Below the pieces are notes generated by a model. That model searched no databases. It saw only the letters and a list, made by a program, of their open reading frames with translations, and was not told the DNA's origin. 64,000 nt of DNA, from contig OZ316775.1 in the NCBI GenBank assembly GCA_973851085.1, positions 13,020,001 through 13,084,000 on the forward strand, written 5' to 3'. Shown here in pieces: positions 12,731 through 24,300 of this stretch (position 1 is the stretch's first letter; each line of letters starts with the position of its first letter). This DNA is from Ptychomitrium polyphyllum. Its lineage: Eukaryota. The translations under genes and the position numbers were made by a program.

Positions 12731-13233
12731 CCCACATCCTGCATCACTACTCTTGGGCCATCTGTCCTGTGCAGCTGTTCCCGACACCCAATTTGATCTA
12801 TCAGCTCAAAAGGGGATTCGAGAAGCAATGAATCCCCTTCAAGAAACAGATTATGTTGCGTGCGTTGTATCGTTCATATCAAGTGCAAATTTGGCACGCA
12901 CAAGATGAAGCAAGTGCTGTTGGACAGACTTGCACAAAGCTGCAATCACAGGTCGTTGGCTCAGAACTAGCAAGTTCATTTGTTCGATATATTTGTTTGG
13001 GTTACAGAGAATTAGCTCGAGAGGAGACTTACGAGACGAGAGGAATTACAGATTTGTGCAGCAGCGAGGATTTTAGCCATGGCTACTAAAGATTCAGGCG
13101 CAGTTCAGAAGAGAGGACGAAATCAGAGAGGTAGAAAATCAGAGGGAATTATCTTTAAGAATCTGTAACCTGAGTTTTTCTGCAGGAGTTGGCCAAGATT
13201 GGTTATCAGCTAGATTGCCGTCTGCGGAGAAAG

Positions 13234-14358
13234 ATGTATACATCAATAAAGCTAGATAGTTACCCGCTGTATAACACATACATACCGCAAGTTGATTCCA
13301 CTAGGACAAGCAACCTCAGCCATGACGACGACGACAAGTACATTGTCACAACCAAAATCATGGTGCTGGCTCTCGCGGTCCTCTTCGCAGTCGTTTTCTT
13401 CGTGGTTTGCCTGCACATCTACGCCAAGTGGGTCTGGGGTACTAACCCAGCCAGAGGTCCGACCTTGTTCTCGTTCTGGCCCAGGAGACGTCGCAACCGA
13501 GCTTCACTCGGCAATGAAGTTGTTCTCGACGCCGATGTTATGGACATCAACATGGTCATGGGCCTGGGCAAGTCGGCGGTAGAAGCTCTTCCGAAATTCA
13601 GGTACAAGATGGCCGACCATCTGAAACCGACCGCAGTCGGCGAGCACCTGGAGTGCCCCATCTGTCTGGGAAAATTTGAGGAGGACGAGATGGGACGCGC
13701 CTTGCCCAAGTGCGGTCACAGCTTCCATCTCGAATGCATCGATATGTGGCTGTACTCGCACTCGACATGCCCACTCTGCAGAGCCGTTCTGGAACCCGAC
13801 GAGGACGAGTCCATACTCCTAAACCTCGAAACGCCAAGCATCCAAGTCTTTCATCTGGAGTCCACGAGAAGACTGCGAGGCACGGAACCCGTCCAGGGCA
13901 TCCTCCCCCAACTAGCTGTCCAACGAGATCAACCTCCACCCGAGCCACTCGCACGCGAATCTGAGCAACCATCGCAACCAGGGCAGGAACAGGCCGACGC
14001 AGGTAGCAAGAGAGCAGACTCTATTCCAGCCAACGTTCTGTTCTGGGGAAACCACACGCAACGAGCGACCGCGGAGTCTAGGCTCTCCACGGTGGTCAAC
14101 AACAACTCCCCACAGACGCCATCACAGGTGGTGATCGATATTGACGTCGATGCCCAGCTCGATCCTGATCAGCAGCATGACAGCATTCCGAACGCTGCAC
14201 GCTCGACCACGATTGTTGCTCCGGCCATGTCCCGCAGCGCTGCTAGTGTTCAGCGCCTACTCGGTCGAGGCAGACTGCCTAGGTTGCAGGATGCGGTTGC
14301 CGCGGAGGACGTCGAGGAGATGTCTGCGAGGCCGTCGCCATCGCCATCGCCATCGCCA

Positions 14359-14391
<33 letters not shown>

Positions 14392-14457
14392 AGATCTCGA
14401 GGATCAGCTCCGTCGCGGCTGCGCGGTCATGGGGGCGTATTCCCGGAGGAACCGTAA
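13234..14457 (+). CDS. ATL: ATL-family RING-H2 E3 ubiquitin ligase, intronless
   Basis: N-terminal TM helix (IMVLALAVLFAVVFFVVCLHIYAKW), basic stretch, GLD-like motif (GLGKSAVEALP) and RING-H2 CPICL...LPKCGHSFHLECIDMWLYSHSTCPLCR. First in-frame ATG is at 13234. Confidence 0.93.
14332..14391 (+). repeat. Coding hexanucleotide repeat (CCRTCG)10 encoding (Pro-Ser)10
   Basis: Directly visible tcgcca/tcgccg run in the ATL C-terminus. Confidence 0.95.
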
Positions 14458-15269
14458 GTACGGTGCTCGAGTATGTGTTCCTAGTGTACATAGTCATGGA
14501 AATGTACGAGGGCGTATTGAAGGCCCTTGTACACTTAGCTGTGTTGTATTATACATTCTTGCAATGAAGCGGACTCTTCTCTGTTTCCACTTTCAAGTTC
14601 CCGGTGCTTCTGAGCCAACCATAGACCCCTCACACGCCGGTTTGCTCATTGCCGGAAGTCGATAACTATGTAAGATTACATATTACAGAATGGACGCTGG
14701 GAGGAGGGGTTCTAGGGCAGAATGCCTTTTGCATGGGAAGCGTTGATAGCCATGAGTTTTGAACATGCTTCCCTATCAATTATTTTTGTATCATTCTTTT
14801 GTCATTCTCTTGTTATTGAAAAATGATGGTGTTTTGAAGTACTTCTATTGTTTTGTTGGCTTCACTTTATTAAGATGTTTTATATGTTCATGTTCAATTT
14901 AGAAGAGTTACTTTTTCAGCCTCCAAGTTATATTTGTTGTTTGAGCTAATTAGTTATCATTTATATACAATTATAATAATCAAAGCTATTATATTCATAC
15001 AAAATTAGTGATTTTCTTTTCTTTTCTTTTCATGACACACACCATGGCCTTAGCATCCTTAAAAAGGTCTAGTTGAAAAGCATTCTTGTCACAAACTCAT
15101 ACCTTAAAATTCATCATAATAACAATTGTCATTTTTATTCAATATCAAGGGATTTGATTAATATATATATAAATATTTGTAAAGCTAACTATTATCTATG
15201 GTTTTTGTGTTTCTATCATTTTATATTGGCCTATGAATGTTATTACTTCTTAAATGGTTGAAATAGATG

Positions 15270-16900
15270 GAATTGGTGTTAACAATGTAAATTTGATCAA
15301 CAAAAATAACTAAATTGTGATCAAATTTTATTTAAAAACAAGTTTTAGAATGATTCTAAAATTTCTAGAACTTCTAAGATTCCTTCATTTACAGAAGAAG
15401 ATGATGATATGAAGGTGTTTAATGAGGTCTTTAAAGCCAATATACTTTTAAATAGAACATTTTTTAATTATGGTGATGAATTGAAGAATACAACTATTAT
15501 TAAGCTTGTAGTTACTTATTGAAGTGAGAATTTGTTTTTGGATGTGGATCCAAAAAATATATGTGAAATTATCCTGATAGTATTCATTTATATGTTGATG
15601 TTTAGAAGTCATTTAGAGCAGATTCTAAGTAATGGCAATTAAAAATAACTTCCATTTAGAAGATGATCTAAAAAATATGGATCTTTTTGTGCTAATAAAA
15701 TTTTTTGTTTTTTTCATCTTAAGTCTTTAAAAACTAAATGATTAATTGATTATAATTTATAGTATTTTTCCAATACTTGATCTTCTTTTAGATTTAACTG
15801 ATGTAAAAAGCAAATTGTTAAGGTCCATAAAATTTTAATTGTTGATGTTTCAATCATTTTGCAAAAGCATATTATTTGAGAAGTCAAATTGGAATTGGTA
15901 AAAGATATAGACTGTAGTGTATAAGTCATTGCTATTAAGCCTTATGTAAAATTATGGCATTTAAATATTAAAGGTATGATTGTTAAAAAGATATTACCAT
16001 GCAATTTACACATCTTGGTGATATTTGAAATGTTGGAAGTTTTTAAATGTCTTTATTCATAGCTTATAAGTATATTGAGCTTCATAAATTGCTCAATTTG
16101 ATTATTTTTTTTGATAAAGATGGATATAATAGCTATATAAAATTATTTGAATAAGATACTAATATTTAAAAGGCTAATAGGACAAATTTCAACCTCAGTA
16201 TTTTGAAAACATTGTGGTTTATTACATAACTGATATATTATTATGGAATTGATGCATAATATGCTTTCTAAGGCATATTTTTTTGCGAATTATTTGAAAG
16301 AATGTAAAAACTAATGTTTAATTTAATAGCAATTATACTAGATTTAAGACCTTAAATTATGAACAAAGAATATGATGTCACTTATTGGTGCCTAATTACA
16401 TCACAAATAAGAGTTTAAATAATACATTATATAAATGATGATTGAAGTTGGTGTTCTAAATAAAGTTGGAAATGGATCTAATTACAATTCTAAAGCTTTA
16501 TATGAAAAATTTGATCAATCTCTGTAAATTATTGCATAATTCCTTTGAAATGAAAAACTTAGGTGTCTTTATATGTCTATATTGAAATAATTCATATCAT
16601 TGTAGAAAAAAAACTCCATAACATTTCTATTGAGATACTATTAAAGCTATTGAAATTGTGATTGGTACTCTAGTGATTAAAGTTGGTTCTTATAGCATTA
16701 TGCATAATGATGATTTTGATTCAAAAGTGGTGCTTTAATTAAATAGAATGTCTAGACATACAAAGTACTCATGGAATATGATTTTTTAATTTATGAAAAG
16801 ATTAATGGAGATTTTGCAATATATAAAGTTGAAGAGTGGTATGATGAAATAGTATAAACTTTTGTTGTTGCATATAAGCATTTGTAATGGAAAATTTGTC
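15270..16900 (+). pseudogene. Heavily decayed gene for a UL9/replication-origin-binding-protein-like SF2 helicase (candidate viral relic)
   Basis: One frame from 15861 gives AYYLRSQIGIGK (Walker A-like), CISHC..AL, ELHKL, LIIFFDK (Walker B-like, 16113-16118) and YGIDA (16251-16256). After a frameshift comes EIVIGTLVIKVGS..DFD (16652-16720). Deviations from consensus are mostly single C>T/G>A changes. Outer boundaries are approximate. Confidence 0.55.
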
Positions 16901-17289
16901 TAAACTCTTTGTAATTGCTATAAGTAGCATGATTCATGAATAATAATAATAAAAATACTACAAGCATATATATTAGTATTTTATTTATAATTAATAATAG
17001 TATTACACCTAATATGATTGTAAAACATGATATATTAAAGAACCTTTTAAAATATAAACATTGATTAGATGTGAATATTTTGGTAAAATTAAATTAAATA
17101 ATGAAAGTATGATTGGTTGAAGGTGGTTCATGATAGATTTCCATTTCCAAAGAAAAATTTCTTTCTTATTTTAAGAATCTTGTTCACATTTAATCTCTAC
17201 TTTGTAAAATAATCCTATATCTTTATTGGAGACTTTGAAATTAATATTGTTTTTTAAAAATGTCTTTTTTGCAAAATGAAAAATATAAT

Positions 17290-17294
<5 letters not shown>

Positions 17295-17359
<65 letters not shown>
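17295..17359. repeat. (TA)n microsatellite
   Basis: Uninterrupted TA run of about 65 bp. Confidence 0.97.
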
Positions 17360-17366
<7 letters not shown>

Positions 17367-18184
17367 ATATTTTTCATGCATTAAATTGATTAATTAATAC
17401 ATAGATTAAGTTTTTACTATTAAAAAAGACCTCACATTAGAAAGCTTTATAAATAATCATTTCTTGGTTAATAAAAAATATATGTATGACTTTTTGTCGA
17501 ATATAGCAATATATATTTTTATTTTACATCAATTGAATTGCTAAAATTTATAAATTTACACTTGTGGAATCTACTTTAAGAAAACAAAAAATCATGTTTA
17601 ATTCTATAATGTAAGTTAATTGATATTCTTTGCTAATGTTCTAGTATGTTAGCAAATCCCATTTTCAAAGAATAAACGTGACACCTAGATTAGAAAAGTG
17701 TTTACACAGTAAGAATTTAGAAATCTTATATAATTCATAATAAAGAAAGAGCAGTCCGTCAGTACTTCAAAAATTGTATCCAACAAGAATACATTCATCA
17801 AATTCACAAGAACATACTCATAGAATCAGTGAATCCACAAGAAAAAACTCAATGAGAAAGCTTGTTGGATCCATTCCCGAATAGATAAAATATTACACCG
17901 GTGTACAATGTGATGGGAAAGGTTAGAGTCCACCCTACTGTTTACGAACGACGAACGAAGCAACGATGTCAACGATTAACGTCCCCCTGCTGAACAGAAC
18001 ATAGACGAAGAGTGACGACTCTCGGACTCATCTCCTTCGCTCTCAGGCTCGCCAAGCGCAGCCCCTCGTCCCACGGCCACCACTAATCACTAGACCCAAA
18101 CATTTTGATCCGTCAAATCTACAGTATGGGTAGATAACCCGGCAATGGGTGACGCACGGGGTTTAGGCCTGCAGCCGAAGGCTT

Positions 18185-18193
18185 AAACCCTAA
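18185..18193 (+). promoter_or_regulatory. Telo-box (AAACCCTAA) upstream of RRP5; a second, inverted copy lies in intron 1 at 18587-18595
   Basis: aaaccctaa about 180 bp before the ATG and ttagggttt in the first intron. Telo-boxes are typical of plant ribosome-biogenesis and translation genes. Confidence 0.65.
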
Positions 18194-18366
18194 ATCGCAG
18201 CAGCGTTCGCAGTGGAAGGACAGTTCGAGTGCTCGTAGACCTGGAGGCTGGTGCCACCAATTGGCATCGCAATCCTGAGGTCCGAGCTCCGCAATCCTCG
18301 GCTTTCAATTTGTGTTGTGTGCAGGTGTTTGGTTTTGAAATCAGAGGTCTAGCGAGCGACTCGAGC

Positions 18367-21300
18367 ATGGCCGGGAAGAGGAAGAGCGATGACGGCCCTG
18401 GGAGCGTCACGGCGAAGAATCGCCCGGCGCAGGAGGTGCAACCCGTGCCCAGGCGGACTGAGGAGGAAGACTTCCCACGAGGTATTAGCTTGTTTCTTTT
18501 CTGCTCTAATGGCGGCGGCCGCGCCGTTGTTTGATTCAAACGAGTGCTTGTTGGAGTGCGGTGCTCGTGCTTTTGAAGGATTGGGATTAGGGTTTCGTCT
18601 TTGTTTATGATTTGTGTATCGAGCACCGCTTTCTATGTGGACTTTCTAGTGTCGATTTATCGTTCGTTGTGGAGTTTGTGCTTGGTTGAGGTTGAGTTGG
18701 CTGTGAGAGCGAATAAGACGGTAGAATTTGTTTCTGGATCTACGTTTCGTTGATTAGGTCGTCGTTCTCAGGAGTTTGAAGTTTCTTTGGTCGTCCTGCA
18801 TTATCCTGCTTGGAGTTGTTTCCCAAAGATGATTTTGTTGTTCTTTTGAAACTAACGTTAGCGTTTTCAGCAGTAGCGGTTTGACTTTCTTTGACTGTTT
18901 CGATTCTAAATGCATGGATTCTCGTACTTTGATTTCTGTTTCGCGGCCCTTATTCTGGGGACTGGAAATTTAACCGAAACTGCAGGTGGTGCGAGCACCT
19001 TGACTCCCGCCGAAATTCGTGAGGCTCGTGTAGAGGCAGAGGTTGAATTTGAGAAGGAGAAAGGAAAAAAGAGTGGAAAGAAGCGGGGAGATGGGAAGAA
19101 AGGAAAGCGCGATGCAGGAGAGGATGACGGATATCATGGCAGTATTTTGTCTGGGAAACTTCAAAAAACTGCGAAGTTCTTGCGGTACAAAGTAAGAGTC
19201 ATGAACTATACAAGCTTATCTCGAAACCTTGATCTCAACACTTTGTAGAATCATCGGCTCAACACCAAAGCTGCGACTGGTGTGTTTGTCTCTATTAACG
19301 AAGTGATTACTCTGCCGTGCACCTTGTGTCGCATTAAATCATCACGTTTACCCTGCAGAGTCTCGTTGTGGGAATGAAACTATGGGGCGCTATTGCAGAG
19401 ATTAACAAGAAGGATATGATCATTAGCCTTCCTGGGGGCCTGAGGGGTTTTATTTTAGCCAAGGATGCATCTGAGGTATTTGAAAACGCAAAAGGACACA
19501 GTATCAAGGCGAGGAAACAAAAGAAGAGTGGGAAGGATGTAGAAGATAACGAATCTGATCCAGTTGATTTAGAGAAGGTAATCTTAATTCGTCTCTTGTT
19601 ATGAGATGTTTGCTACGTTCAAGCATGTTTGGGTTTATTTTGTTTTTGGTTCTCGTGATATTCAGGTCCTTCCGTTCTTTCCGAACTATGCTGCGCTCGC
19701 ATTGATCTCATTAAATGGAGTTGAGCGTTTCAGTGCTGAAGTTTGAATTACGCGATTGCAGGAAGTCCCTCTTCTGTCAGATCTGTTCAGTCTTGGGCAA
19801 CTGGTGGCTTGTACTGTGCGGAAGCTTGAACTTGTTCAAGAGAAAAAAGGTCGTGGGAAACCAGAGAAGGAAGGGAAACAGGAGAAGAAAGGTCGTCGTA
19901 TTGAACTTTCGTTGAAACTAAACTACCTCTATGACGGACTGTCAATTGAAGGTGTGCATGAAGGCCAGGTAATATCAAATTGACTAATCCAAATGGTTTT
20001 TTTCAAGTGCAGATATTCCTGGTTCTAGTTCTTGTTGGCATGCCGCTCTTATTAGTGCAAAATCCACTTTGGAGAAACCGGAATGAATGGTTTGTTATCG
20101 AATCTGTGGAGTAGAGATTCTTTGTTCGTCGGATTTGGAGGTCCTTGGCAAAAAAATATCCATTTTTGGGAATTCAGTACAATAGGTAGGCACACACAGC
20201 TTCTCTGACTAGCTACACAGGTTCAGATCTCACGCAATGTTCTGCTCTTGATTCTATTTTATAGGCCTTGTCTGCCGTTGTAACAAGTATCGAAGACCAT
20301 GGCTATCTTCTTTCGTTTGGAGTTCCTGCCATATCGGGTTTCTTGTTACACAGCAACTACATGGATGGTATTTGCAAAATACACTTGAGCCTACTACTGG
20401 TGTTCCTTTGCATTAACATGATAATTAACTACCTAACGTTTGTATTTTATAGCTCAGATGAATATTGTACAAGCACACCTATTTCTTTCATGACATTTCA
20501 ATGCTTGTGGCCTACGTTGACTCTGTGAATAATCAGATTCCCTCTTCTTACGCACTAAGAGTTCTTCAAGTTTGTATCCTTCACATACCTGATCTCCATC
20601 ACAACTTTAATCTTGTGAAAATTTTGAGACCTGTCCCAATTGTTACTTAAAGAGATAATATCTTGCACTCAGCATGTCTTTTTGTAAATAGACCTGACTT
20701 GGTATTGTGGTTGCACCAGGAAAAGAGTCTTCTAAGTTATGTAAAGGGCAACTCTTGCAAGGTGTGGTTATTTCAGTGGATAAGAAACGGGGCGCAGTTG
20801 GTTTGAAGGCTAGTCCTGGTTTGGTTGCTAGCAACATGGTATTTACGTGTACCAACTTTTTTTTTACATGTGGCGAATCAAGAATGTCTAAGTTCTGTTC
20901 AGGCTTCTGTCGTGTCTTTTGTTTCCTTGTGTTAATTTGATTGTAGTTGTGATTCACATTTTGTTTAATTGCACTCTATTTTAACCTCGGTCTGATTCGA
21001 GGAATGCTTTGAATCCTCTCCTGTTACATCAAAGACGATTGTTTAAATTTTTATATGTTTTCCCATTTTAGGTCAAGGAGTTCGCAGGCTTGACTGTGGA
21101 ACTGCTCACTCCTGGTGCCATGGTGAATGCCCGAGTACGGGCAGTTCTGGGTAATGGTCTTTTGCTATCATTTTTGACCTACTTCACTGGGACTGTAAGT
21201 GTTCTAACAGCCTTGCCCCTATCATTTTTTGCCCTTGTGTCTGCTTTCAAACTTGCCTGACTGATTCTCTATTACCTTACACTCATTTATTCCGACTTTC

Positions 21301-24300
21301 TTTTCTGTAGGTGGATATTTTTCATTTGGAGGATCCTCTCCCTAGTGCGGACTGGAGTAAGAAATACAGCGAAAACCAGCGTGTAAGAAATGCATACACA
21401 TTTCTTGCTTGAACATAATGCAGATAAATAGGCTTGATTTTTGGTCAGTAGTAAGTATTTATAATGGACAATTGTACGTATTAAATATGATAAATTTTCT
21501 TGATCTAGAAGTTCGCCTGTGTTTTTTAATCCTTTATTCTTTTTGTTTTACCTTATTATTTATGCAATAGATTTGGCATCACATTTTAGGCATGTATATC
21601 CTGAAGGTTTCATTGTATTGTCAAATGATCTGTCATGAAAGGATTACGTTCCGTTTGTGGAAGGATTCTAAAGAACTTGTTTTTTGCAGTTGAAAGCTCG
21701 AATTTTATACATAGATCCTGTTGCAAAGACTGTTGGATTAACGCTGAATCCAGAACTTGTAAACAATGTCGCTCCAGCCATGGTACGAAACTTGATGATC
21801 GGACCCTTTCTACTACAATATCTTCCTTGATCTTCTCCTTTTACTTTTGCAGTATTTCCAGTCATTTACTGTAGGTTGGGAAATGCTTTATTGTGCTGCT
21901 CATTGGTCATATTTGACAGTTATAAATCATTGATCTCAGCAATGACAGATTGTTGTTAATTCTTGTGCAGGCAGTGGATGTTGGCAATGTCTTCAAAGAT
22001 GCAATTGTTCGTCGTGTGGATGCAACAGTTGGGATGCTTCTTGAGCTGCCTATCAAAGAGAACTCAGCTGCTGGCTATGTCCATGTTAGCGTTTCCTCAT
22101 AACATTTTTTCCCATTGTTTTGGAATAAGTCAACCATTTAAATATGGCTCATAACCTTTTTTTGGGCCTTGGCATATCTCTGCACCGAGTTTCTCATATG
22201 GATGTGTCTTGGAACTATATTGAGACAAATGCTTTAGAGATGGAGTACTTCTTTTAAGTGTCAGATTGACATGCTCTTAGCAAGTCTTTTTATAGACTAT
22301 TAGATCTGGCATTGTTCACTATTTTATTTCTTGTGAATGCTCATTTGGTTTTATGGATTGGTTTGGTTTTGAACAGATATCAAATGTTTCAGATGAGCAT
22401 ATTGCAAAGCTTGAAAAGAAGTACACCGTGGGGAAGAAAGTGCGAGCCCGTGTTATAGGTCATCGAGTTATGGACGCTCTTGCTATAGTTTCATTGAAGG
22501 TTATTCACACCCTGACCTCGTACCCTGGCAGTGCGACCCCAGCTAGTTCTTAATTTGACAAAGTCATTGCCGAGGGTCTTTTTGATGGTTTTAACTATCC
22601 ACAAGGCCTATGGACAGTGAATGACGTACAAGTCATCAGTTTTCAGTTCGCGACTTTTGTATATAAGCATTATTTCTTATGATAGCTTCTGACTCAATTA
22701 GAAGTGTAATATGCAGGAATCTGTCGTGGAGCAACTTTTGTTAAGCCATGCAGATGTGAAACCAGCTATGAATGTCACTGGTACTGTTGTTGCTTTAGAA
22801 CCTTATGGGGCTCTCGTACAGTTGGCTGAAGGTGTGAAGGCTCTCTGCCCACTCCAGCACATGTCAGAGTTTCAGCGTTCCACTCCAAGTTCCAAGTTTC
22901 AGGTCAGTAGTTTTGACCATACTGTCCTATTTAGAATGTGTATATTTAGAGCATTGTAATTTGTTATGATCTCTATCAGCCATAGCTTTATTGTTTGAGT
23001 AAAGCAGTGTAATAGCTCAAGAATCGGGTATTCATGTTCGTCTTTTGCAATTATACTTCTTTTCTTTGTTGAGCAAGTACACTTGAGAATTATCAGCATA
23101 ATATGGGCATATAATCGTGTGGTTGGATGTTATAGGTTGGAGTTAAATTGAAATTTCGTGTGCTGTCCTGCGATTATGAAACAAAGAAGATTGCACTGAC
23201 CCACAAAAAGACAATGGTGAGCAATATCAAATCACTCGGGCTCTTATACAAGTGTTTCTCCGTATTACATGGTTGGGTTAGACTTTGATCAACATATGAT
23301 CTCAGGAATAAATGGAATCAGAAGAGTGTACACCTATTTGTGTATCTTTTAGGAATTTGTTCCCCATCATTCTAGATATTTTCTTAAACCACACATCTAA
23401 CAGTTCAAAGATGCTTATCTTAGGTTATATCGAAGTTAAGCCCAATAGTAAGCTACGAGGATGCTGTAGAGGGATTGGTAACGCATGGATTCATCACTGG
23501 TGTTGAAGATATTGGCTGCTTCGTGACCTTCTACAATGACGTTAGAGGATTGGTTCACAAGTACGCCTTTTTCCCTTTTGTTTGTGGTTTCTAAGCTTAG
23601 CAGGTGCATGAACGGAATTCTTCGTCTTATTGATTTGGACATTACTTTTCTTTATGCAGTAGGTTCACTGAGACGAGCGAAGTAGTACTCAATCATGCAA
23701 TTATGTAATGGGCTCCACATCTGTAATCCATCACCAGTGTGCAATGAAGAGGTCACTACTTCGATCTGCACTCAATTAAATAGCACACTCAGCATATACT
23801 AAGTATTTAGTTGTGTCGTGTCATCTCTTGCTGCAGGTCTGCTCTTGGTATCGAGACAGGTGTGAAAGCAGAAAACGTCTTTCAAGTTGGCCAAAGTGTC
23901 AAGTGCCGAGTCCTTCGTTCAGATCCTTCAGCTCGCCGCCTTTCCCTTAGCTTTATCACAACTTCTTCGAGGTCTGTAATAATTTTCCCTTCCCGTCATT
24001 TTATTATTGCGAATACTATTTATGGACTGAGCTCAAAATGAAGAATAGTTCTTTTTCTTTTCTTCCTTTTGCTATTAGTTCCATATAGTATAGATTTCAT
24101 TGCGCTTATGTGGCATCTTTTTGATCATGCAGAGATAATGTTCCAGAAAGTGAAGCTAGTGACGTTGAATCAGGAAAAATAGTTGCTGGAACTGTAGTCC
24201 ATGTTAGTGACAGTGTCATCATACTGGATATTTCTACAGTGAAAGGGTCAGTCAAGGGATATCTGACATTTCCTCACTTGTCTGACAATCTGGGTAGGAA

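Noticed and set aside
13189..13233. ORF-track start of the ATL gene at 13189
   Set aside because: It is a TTG start; the first ATG is at 13234.
17171..17377. 68-aa ORF with IY repeats
   Set aside because: Translation of the (TA)n microsatellite.
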